In this document: one piece after another, positions 57,376-64,000 of the stretch | Layout: each line of letters starts with the position of its first letter | Position numbering within the stretch: the stretch's first letter is position 1 | NCBI GenBank assembly: GCA_043816305.1 | Contig: JBDRHZ010000012.1 | Location: forward strand, 55,701-119,700 | Length of the DNA: 64,000 nucleotides | Source: Patescibacteria group bacterium | GTDB taxonomy: Bacteria > Patescibacteriota > Dojkabacteria > JAHIVN01 | Direction: 5' to 3' | Notes under the pieces: model-generated | Database searches by the model: none | What the model was told of the DNA's origin: nothing | The model's input: the letters and a program-made list of their open reading frames with translations, nothing else | Translations under genes and position numbers: made by a program

Positions 57376-58846
57376 TCGTTACATATTTATTTGGACTCAG
57401 TAAAATCATAGGAGCTTTTGTTGATTCAGGAATATACTGCCCAAACTTTCCACATAAACCAGGTATTCCAATAGGATCGCCAAATGCCATTTCGACTGAG
57501 TGTAGTGCTTCCAGCGTAACACCGCTAAATGAAACAGGTTTTATAAGTTCAACAATGCTTTTAGTCATTTTGAAAGCCAGGGTGGCTGCAAACTGGAAGT
57601 TTCCTTTTTGGGAATCCACATTACCTCCGGATGACCCTAGTAGATATATTATCTCAGAAAAACTGTCGAAAACCCCAGCTTCCCTGAGCACTTTCTGAAT
57701 CTCCTTTGTGTTTGCTTCACGATGATCGAAGCTCAATGGAATAGTTTTATTCTTGTCTAGAATAATCTGAGTACAGCTCATGCGAGGAACAGGTATGTCT
57801 TCGTATGTTTCGCATACAGCTCCGCCCTCCAGCTGGCAGCCAGCCCTTTTTGCCGTGACGATATCACTTATTAAACTATTTAATTTACCCTTTTTTACAA
57901 TAGTAATTTTGTTTCGTTTGATTCCGTAACTGCTATAAGGATTAAAGCCGCGGTCATTCTTATCAGCATAATCTAGGATATGGATAAATGGTTTTGCTAC
58001 AACTTTGCCTTTGTCGAGCTTTTTGTTCAAAAGAAGGGGGCTGTCTTGATAAATATTGTCAGATTCAGCCGTATGGCCGAAAGCTTCATGTACAAAAACC
58101 CCTGCCATGGAACTATCAAGCAGGATTGCACGATTTGACCCGGAGACGTGGTTTGCAGCTTCTAGCTTGTCTGAGTATTGGAGCTTGTTTGCAAGCCTCT
58201 TTATATGTGCGGATTTTTCTTCACTATCATACACTAGCTCGTAGCCTTTCCCATAAGAAGATTCATAAAATTCGTTTCCTGCTTCTTTGCCGGAAGTATT
58301 GACTGTTGAAACAAGAATTGCTGCCGAAGTAGAAAAGTGCACATCTGTTCCATCTGACCGGAAAATCCTCCAATCGTTGGTACTGAAACTTGCAGTATTT
58401 GAAAGGGCATATTGGGGATACTTTCTTTGGATATTACTGTGAAACTTTAGCAGATCCTTTTCCATTTCCTTGTTTGTGATCGTAAAAGGATCGATCTCAG
58501 GTTTTTGAAAGACCTCTGCTTTAGTTGGTTCGATTTCGAATATCTCTTTTATTTTCTCGAAGTTTGACTGCTTTGAAGTTTTTGCAGAATTTATTGCAGA
58601 GTGCAGACATGCTAAAAGACGCTTTTCATCCAGAATTGTATCAACAGAAGCAAATCCAGTGTGACCGTTTTGCGTATAGGCTTGGATTCCGATGCCTGTA
58701 CTTTCGGTAAGATTAGCGTTATCGATTTTTCCGTTTTTAGCATTTATCGAACGGCTTTTGTAATCCTGAAGGCGAATTATTGTATAAATATTTTCCTTTT
58801 GAGCTTCAGAAATAAGCATTTGGGCAATTTTCTTTACGTTCTTCAT
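57368..58846 (-). CDS. tldD: TldD-family metalloprotease
   Basis: 492 aa, HEAFGH motif. Confidence 0.7.
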   Translation of the reverse strand: MKNVKKIAQMLISEAQKENIYTIIRLQDYKSRSINAKNGKIDNANLTESTGIGIQAYTQNGHTGFASVDTILDEKRLLACLHSAINSAKTSKQSNFEKIKEIFEIEPTKAEVFQKPEIDPFTITNKEMEKDLLKFHSNIQRKYPQYALSNTASFSTNDWRIFRSDGTDVHFSTSAAILVSTVNTSGKEAGNEFYESSYGKGYELVYDSEEKSAHIKRLANKLQYSDKLEAANHVSGSNRAILLDSSMAGVFVHEAFGHTAESDNIYQDSPLLLNKKLDKGKVVAKPFIHILDYADKNDRGFNPYSSYGIKRNKITIVKKGKLNSLISDIVTAKRAGCQLEGGAVCETYEDIPVPRMSCTQIILDKNKTIPLSFDHREANTKEIQKVLREAGVFDSFSEIIYLLGSSGGNVDSQKGNFQFAATLAFKMTKSIVELIKPVSFSGVTLEALHSVEMAFGDPIGIPGLCGKFGQYIPESTKAPMILLSPNKYVTIG

Positions 58847-58875
58847 ATGAAATGAAGTATATTATAAAAGAAGGA

Positions 58876-58935
58876 AATAGTTAATAGCGGATAGCAGACA
58901 TCAAATAGCAAATAGCGAACAGCTAACAGCTAATA
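58876..58935. repeat. AATAGC / AGCTAAC short tandem repeats in the divergent tldD / XRE-regulator promoter region
   Basis: ATAGC occurs 4 times and AGCTAAC twice. A related AATAGT repeat sits at 45100..45135. Confidence 0.45.
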
Positions 58936-59084
58936 CTTCGACCATGCCAAGGGGCAAGCAAGCAAGCTCAGGGCAGGAACGGCGGTTTATAGTTTACTGA
59001 AACAAACAGCAAGCTATTTCCTGGTGCTGGAACGTTGAATATGATATATTAATACATATAGTATTAAATCTTAGTCATTAGTTC

Positions 59085-59693
59085 ATGAGCGAAAAAATAA
59101 TCGGAAAACAAATAAGAAAGGCAAGAATGGAGAGACAGCTTACTCAAAGTGATCTTGGAAAGAAGATAGGTGTCACCTGGGAGATGATATCCAGGTATGA
59201 AAACGGTAAAAGCAGTTCTAGAAAAAACCTTGAGAAAATCGCAAAAGTGCTTTCAAAGCCTATCCAATTTTTCTTCGGAGTAGAGGAGGCTCCCATCACT
59301 GATGAGATAGCCAGGCTTTCGAACCTTCTCGAGAGCAAAAGAAGCGAATTGATAAGAAATACGGATGTGCCTCTTTTAGAATCTCTAGGCGAATTTAGTC
59401 TCGATGATGCTGTGAAGCTGACGCATCAAAGGTACACTTGTCCTAGCTGGATACGAAGTTCGTTTCGGGATATCTTTGCATTCAAGCTGGATGAGGTCGA
59501 ATCTGATGTTGTTTCTGCAGGAGTTAATGATATTGGTTTTTTCACCTCGGCTCTGGGCCCATTATCTGGAAGTTATATTCTACTTACTCGCAACGGACGT
59601 TTGAGTATAGAGAAGTATTCCAAAGGTCTAGAAGGTAAGGTCATTGGTACTTTGCTTGCTATCGAGAGAAGATACATTAAGCTGCAAGTCTAA
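59085..59693 (+). CDS. XRE-family transcriptional regulator with a C-terminal domain
   Basis: 202 aa, N-terminal HTH (LTQSDLGKKIGVTWEMISRYENGKS). Confidence 0.6.
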   Translation: MSEKIIGKQIRKARMERQLTQSDLGKKIGVTWEMISRYENGKSSSRKNLEKIAKVLSKPIQFFFGVEEAPITDEIARLSNLLESKRSELIRNTDVPLLESLGEFSLDDAVKLTHQRYTCPSWIRSSFRDIFAFKLDEVESDVVSAGVNDIGFFTSALGPLSGSYILLTRNGRLSIEKYSKGLEGKVIGTLLAIERRYIKLQV

Positions 59694-60180
59694 GCTTTTT
59701 ACTAAAAGTACCTAGAGTTAATAACTCCAAGAAGGAACCGGCCTCTCCTATATACAGCAAAGTATCAATTTTAGTTACAAAATCTGCAATTGTATTTGTA
59801 AGCAGGCCTCCCTTATATTTTGAAAGCAGATATGGGATTATACCGTCTCGTATAGTATCTTTGAAGTGCTCATAGGAAAGCATTCCTAATTGCTCGAAAT
59901 TTAAGCTTTGTAAAAATGCTCCAATAATCGCACGTTCAAGCAGTTTAGGATTTCTGGCCCTTGCATTACTTAAGACGGTCAGGTCCCCAATTCTATAGCG
60001 ATATGTTGCAGTTGAATGAAGTTGGCTGGCTGGAGTTACTTTCACATATCCTTTCCCTTGGACTGCAATTTCTACAGATAAGTTCTGCATTACTAGGGCT
60101 ATCCCGGTGTGAAATTTAGCAGATGAGAACCAGAGAGGTATAGCATCACTTTCATGAACCTCAGAATCTTCTTGAGGCAT
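59677..60180 (-). CDS. Hypothetical protein
   Basis: 167 aa, no motif. Confidence 0.35.
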   Translation of the reverse strand: MPQEDSEVHESDAIPLWFSSAKFHTGIALVMQNLSVEIAVQGKGYVKVTPASQLHSTATYRYRIGDLTVLSNARARNPKLLERAIIGAFLQSLNFEQLGMLSYEHFKDTIRDGIIPYLLSKYKGGLLTNTIADFVTKIDTLLYIGEAGSFLELLTLGTFSKKLRLAA

Positions 60181-60190
60181 ATAATGAGTA

Positions 60191-61195
60191 CTAACTTGTT
60201 AAATATTTCTCAGCTTCAAGCGCAGCAGCTACTCCCATACCCATAGCAGTCGTTGCCTGTCGGTATATGTAGTCAATCACATCTCCTGCGGCGAAGATTC
60301 CGGGAATAGTTGTCTGGTATTTATAAGTGAAATCAAATTTGGAACTATCAAGTCCAAGGTTTACATTCTTATTCTTCTCCCAGAGATAAGATTCTGAAGT
60401 GTATATGTATCCTGTCGGACTCAATTCGATACAGCTGCCTTTGAGGAAATCCGTATCAGGTTTATGACCTATGGCGATAAAGAGGCCGTCAATGTCCAGT
60501 TTTGCAGGAACGTCAGTACCTTTCTCAGTTGCATTTTCGGACTTCAATAGTAAAATCCCTTCTACTTTTTCTGTCCCGAGGACTTCTTTTACTTCCGCAT
60601 TCCATACAGGTTCGATTTTTGAATGATTTAAAACCCTGTCCTGCATGATCTTTGATGCTCGGAACTGGTCACGTCTATGAATGATGTAAACTTTTGATGC
60701 AAATTTTATAAGCGAGAGTGCTTCTTCCAGCGCAGCTTCTCCTCCGCCGACTACGGCAACAACCTTGTCTTTGTAGAAAAATCCGTCGCAGTTTGCGCAG
60801 GCAGATACTCCTTTCCCGCGCAGCCGTGTCTCCGACTCCAGCCCCAGCCACATCGCTTTTGCTCCAGTTGCGATGATAATAGACTTAGTCTCGGATGTTT
60901 TTCCACTTTCAAGTATTACCTTGTAAGGCTGTGAACTACATTCAAGTCCGGAGACTGTATCATCGATTACTTTTGCCCCGAGATCCTCCGCTTGCTTTCG
61001 AATGTTTGCCATAAGCTGTGCTCCAATGATTGATTTGATGCCAGGGAAGTTCTCAACTTCGGATGTCAGCATCAGCTGTCCACCTGGTGCTGAGCCTGCT
61101 ATTACCAAAGGATTTAAGCCAGCCCTAGCTGTATAAATTGCTGCTGCCAGACCTGCCGGCCCGCTGCCGATAATGATGACGTTTTCTGGTTTCAT
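60191..61195 (-). CDS. trxB: Thioredoxin-disulfide reductase
   Basis: 334 aa. IIIGSGPAGLAAAIY (FAD), ACANCDG (redox CxxC), NAD(P)-binding GGGEAA. Confidence 0.85.
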   Translation of the reverse strand: MKPENVIIIGSGPAGLAAAIYTARAGLNPLVIAGSAPGGQLMLTSEVENFPGIKSIIGAQLMANIRKQAEDLGAKVIDDTVSGLECSSQPYKVILESGKTSETKSIIIATGAKAMWLGLESETRLRGKGVSACANCDGFFYKDKVVAVVGGGEAALEEALSLIKFASKVYIIHRRDQFRASKIMQDRVLNHSKIEPVWNAEVKEVLGTEKVEGILLLKSENATEKGTDVPAKLDIDGLFIAIGHKPDTDFLKGSCIELSPTGYIYTSESYLWEKNKNVNLGLDSSKFDFTYKYQTTIPGIFAAGDVIDYIYRQATTAMGMGVAAALEAEKYLTS

Positions 61196-61291
61196 GTAAG
61201 ATTAGAAGTTAATCTTAAATACTTCTTGAATTTTAGTTGAATATAGTGAGGAATGCAAAGACCGGGCAATGGTCCCTGCTACTGAATACTG

Positions 61292-62446
61292 CTACCTCTC
61301 TTCCGGAACAACGGCTTCAAGTCGCTGCTTCTCAACAATCTTTACTCCAGCTGCAACTCCCATTCCGATCAGGGTGATTATTCCGATCAGAAGCAGCATT
61401 TTCCCAAGGCTGTTCTCAGGCGGCATTACATCATTTTGTTGAAGAGGATAGGTATTGAATTGCTCTTCGGAAACTGCCTGATAAGTTGAAAACGATGTTA
61501 CATCAAATTCCAAAGTACCTTTTTTCTCTGAGGTTGAGTAGGTATAAACTATATTGCTTACTTCCCCATTTGTCACCAGTTTCCCATCTTTTAGGATAAG
61601 CGGTGTCGTATCATAAGGAAGTCCGTACATGGTTATATGAGCCGGCTCGTCAAGAAAATCCAGATATTCTGAATCAATACTTACTTTACCAGTTGTGTCA
61701 AAGTCTATATACGCATCCAGTTTATTCAATTTCTGGATTCTCTCTTGAAAGGATAGATTCAGCTTATTCTGAAAGATAACTTTGTTTTTCTCTGTAACTT
61801 CAAGTGTGAAATTCTCCACGTTTTTCAGTTGTTTCTGTGTCATTTTATCAAGTCTTGTCGTATTTGAATTCTGTGCAAGATATCTTTCGTGAATTTGAAT
61901 TTTCAATTCGGTATTTTCTCCTTGGTTTTGTGTCTCAGTCTCATTTTGAACTAGTTCTTGATTTCCGGAATTGTTTGAATCCGCTGCCTTTATGACAAGC
62001 GGAGCTATGACTTGTGTGGGATGATCCAAAGTAGAGGAATCGTTTTTATCTAGCCAAGTAACAACACTAAAATCTCCGAAGTACCCCAACGGAGCATTTT
62101 CGCTGATTTTATAGGTTTTGGTGTAACTAAATGTTTTATGGTTTACCATAGATGGTACTGGAACAATCCAATCTTCAGATGGCTCAAGGTACTGTTTGTA
62201 TGAGCCAGACTGGATCTCAACGCCTGGATTTGTGAGCTGGTAGTCTTTTGCGGAATATTCTTCTTTGTAAGTACAATTGCTTACTAGGACTGTCAGTTTT
62301 ACGGAATCACCACGAGTTACTTCGGCCGGAGAGTAGCTCAGTTCTGCATACATCTTTTGTCCATAGCATTCCTGTGCCTCTACTTTGTATGTCCACGTGA
62401 GACACATTGTAGAAGTAAGCATGAGTGAGACGATAAGTTTTTTCAT
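61292..62446 (-). CDS. Secreted, C-terminally membrane-anchored protein
   Basis: Signal peptide, C-terminal TM helix plus charged tail. Confidence 0.4.
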   Translation of the reverse strand: MKKLIVSLMLTSTMCLTWTYKVEAQECYGQKMYAELSYSPAEVTRGDSVKLTVLVSNCTYKEEYSAKDYQLTNPGVEIQSGSYKQYLEPSEDWIVPVPSMVNHKTFSYTKTYKISENAPLGYFGDFSVVTWLDKNDSSTLDHPTQVIAPLVIKAADSNNSGNQELVQNETETQNQGENTELKIQIHERYLAQNSNTTRLDKMTQKQLKNVENFTLEVTEKNKVIFQNKLNLSFQERIQKLNKLDAYIDFDTTGKVSIDSEYLDFLDEPAHITMYGLPYDTTPLILKDGKLVTNGEVSNIVYTYSTSEKKGTLEFDVTSFSTYQAVSEEQFNTYPLQQNDVMPPENSLGKMLLLIGIITLIGMGVAAGVKIVEKQRLEAVVPEER

Positions 62447-62476
62447 TTAGAATGATTAAGTAATTTAAATAAAGAA

Positions 62477-63055
62477 CTAATCAAAGAGCAATTTGTTAAT
62501 ACCAGATAGATATTTCTTATCATAGTAAGCACTTAGAAACTCATACATCAAGCTTTGTGGGTCGTATTGCCTATTGTAGACTAGGGCTAGAAGTTTGTCC
62601 AATGTTAATTTGTGAATACAGATACTTTCACCAGAATCAGTTCTTGGTTTAACTTTCCTAGTGCAATTTTTTGCAATAAAAGCATATACGAAATATTCCA
62701 TTTTAGAAGCCGGCTGGAAAGTCTTCCACAATTCGATTTTCTCTGGAACAAAGCCAGTTTCTTCTCGAAGTTCTCTGAGAGAAGCATTCTTAGGTGACTC
62801 TCCATCATTCACGCGGCCTCCAGGAAAGGAGTAAAAGGGATGTTTGTTTGGCTGCTTCTGTTCTAGGAATAGTATTTTCTTATCAGTGGTTGTAGGGATG
62901 ACTATGACAGAATTTTTTCTCTTCAACATCTCAAAAGTAGAATATGATCCGTCATACAAACGCTGCTGCCAGTGGTAGACATCAAATAAAATTCCTTTGA
63001 AAACCTTTTTCGCACTTTCAGGCATATTCGATTTTCTCTGAATGATATTTTTCAC
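62477..63055 (-). CDS. NUDIX hydrolase
   Basis: GGRVNDGESPKNASLRELREETG (Nudix box). Confidence 0.75.
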   Translation of the reverse strand: MKNIIQRKSNMPESAKKVFKGILFDVYHWQQRLYDGSYSTFEMLKRKNSVIVIPTTTDKKILFLEQKQPNKHPFYSFPGGRVNDGESPKNASLRELREETGFVPEKIELWKTFQPASKMEYFVYAFIAKNCTRKVKPRTDSGESICIHKLTLDKLLALVYNRQYDPQSLMYEFLSAYYDKKYLSGINKLLFD

Positions 63056-63321
63056 CTTTTTACGACTTCTATTACTACATTATAGAGACAAAGAGTGGGG
63101 ATAACAAGAAGGAACAGCATATAGCGTACGGTATATAGCTTACAGCATACGGAATACAGGCATCTGTTTAGAGTTTTCTCATATTTATGAAATGCAGTTT
63201 TTTTTAAGCTGTGAGACGTATTGTTTTCTGATCTAGTTCAAAAATTGTGATCGATAATAATTGACTTGTATAGATCAGGTCCCTATATTATATTACATTA
63301 AATTCGATACGAAAAGAGTTT

Positions 63322-64000
63322 ATGACTCACATAAAACAGATAGTCAAGCTTTGTGTTGGAATCCTTGGGTTCCTATGTGCTATTGGATGCATAGCTGTTT
63401 CTATTGAGAACGATGAAGTTCTTGCTAGTTCGGAGATTACGCTGGTTCCTATAGCCGATGCTATGGTTCGAGAAGATTATCCGGATAGAAATTACGGAGT
63501 TTGGAGTGATATGACCATTGGGAGAAGCTGGAACATGGGAAATTACTTTTCGAACTCATTCGCATATATCAAATTTGACTTGAGCCCGCTAAATTCTCAA
63601 GTTGTAGTCGAGTCAGCATATCTCGATGTATACCACTATGTAAGAAGCGACTATGCTTCTGGAGATTATGTTGTCAATGTAGCTAAGGCAAACGGAAGCT
63701 GGGGAGAAACAGAGATTACTTGGAATAATAAGCCTTCGTTTTCCGGTATATATTCAAGCAATGTAATAAGCGGGTACGGGGGCCAATGGTTTAATCCACC
63801 GCAGAAGTATACATTTGATGTGACACAGCTGGTGCAAAAATGGGCCTCTGAAAGTTCAAATCAAGGTATGGTTCTTTACAAAGACAGTGGAAACTATGGG
63901 GGTTTTTGGTGCAGCAGGAATTATAATGACAGCACTTGCTTTGCATCTACACGGCCGAGACTCCGGATTACCTATTCCCAAAATTTCCCGCCAAACATCC
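63322..64000 (+). CDS. Secreted DNRLRE-domain protein (partial, runs off the window)
   Basis: Signal peptide. ...EITWNNKP... and TRPRLRITY (DNRLRE-type motif). No stop before 64000. Confidence 0.55.
   Translation, partial: MTHIKQIVKLCVGILGFLCAIGCIAVSIENDEVLASSEITLVPIADAMVREDYPDRNYGVWSDMTIGRSWNMGNYFSNSFAYIKFDLSPLNSQVVVESAYLDVYHYVRSDYASGDYVVNVAKANGSWGETEITWNNKPSFSGIYSSNVISGYGGQWFNPPQKYTFDVTQLVQKWASESSNQGMVLYKDSGNYGGFWCSRNYNDSTCFASTRPRLRITYSQNFPPNI

Noticed and set aside
1-64000. Archaeal (methanogen) origin, suggested by the DUF3795, DUF134, DNRLRE and DUF11-repeat proteins
   Set aside because: A LexA/S24 repressor, LCP protein, sortase with TLxTC, an M23 peptidase and Replic_Relax argue for a bacterium, as do a large serine recombinase and VirB4/VirD4/TrbL. 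Those DUFs also occur in Clostridia and CPR bacteria.

Overview
This is an AT-rich (roughly mid-30s % GC) bacterial chromosome segment with a Gram-positive-type envelope gene set: LCP-family protein, sortase, M23 peptidase, LexA/S24-type repressor and thioredoxin/CcdA. The lineage is most likely low-GC Firmicutes-like or CPR-like, and I cannot assign a genus.

The window has three parts.

(i) Left flank, 1-7.4 kb: DUF3795 protein, tRNA-Gln(CUG), rnhA, an LCP protein, an ABC-2 permease pair, a small SAM methyltransferase and a hypothetical protein.

(ii) Accessory block, about 7.48-40.07 kb, organised around three direct repeats at about 7484, 9757 and 40051:
- A 2.3-kb degenerate islet (7.5-9.8 kb) holds two convergent unknown genes and a small gene that is a clear paralogue of a gene inside the big element.
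- A roughly 30-kb integrative-conjugative-type element is inserted at the 3' end of tRNA-Ser(GGA). It carries a 1370-aa Avs-like protein (XRE HTH, Mrr-type nuclease, STAND NTPase, long helical repeat C-terminus). It also carries a co-directional 5-gene restriction-modification operon: C-protein, two N6A/N4C-type MTases and two uncharacterised putative nuclease subunits.
- The same element encodes a DUF2958 protein, a sortase, a Replic_Relax protein and a Gram-positive-type T4SS (VirD4-like coupling ATPase, VirB4-like ATPase, TrbL/VirB6-like protein, VirB2-like pilin, M23 hydrolase). It also has a 1384-aa DUF11/CnaB surface adhesin with a C-terminal sorting signal, a Cro/CI-like (S24) divergent switch with a palindromic operator, and a large serine recombinase whose ORF reads through the att core into the tRNA.

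(iii) Right flank, 40.2-64 kb, mostly housekeeping or envelope genes: histidine phosphatase, a second ABC-2 permease pair, a PIF1/RecD-like helicase, a truncated BadF-type ATPase, an SGNH hydrolase, a DUF134 plus zinc-ribbon pair, a GT39-like glycosyltransferase and a large membrane-anchored protein with a possible caspase-like His/Cys dyad. It continues with a PNPOx-like protein, a membrane thioredoxin-like protein plus ccdA, a cupin, pmbA/tldD, an XRE regulator, trxB, a NUDIX protein and a partial DNRLRE-domain secreted protein.

The most novel-looking items are the HTH-fused Avs-like gene with its own palindromic operator, the two uncharacterised subunits inside the R-M operon, the unknown cargo of the sibling islet, and the tRNA-targeted serine-recombinase integration with tandem att repeats. 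All functional calls come from motif recognition by eye; no searches were run.
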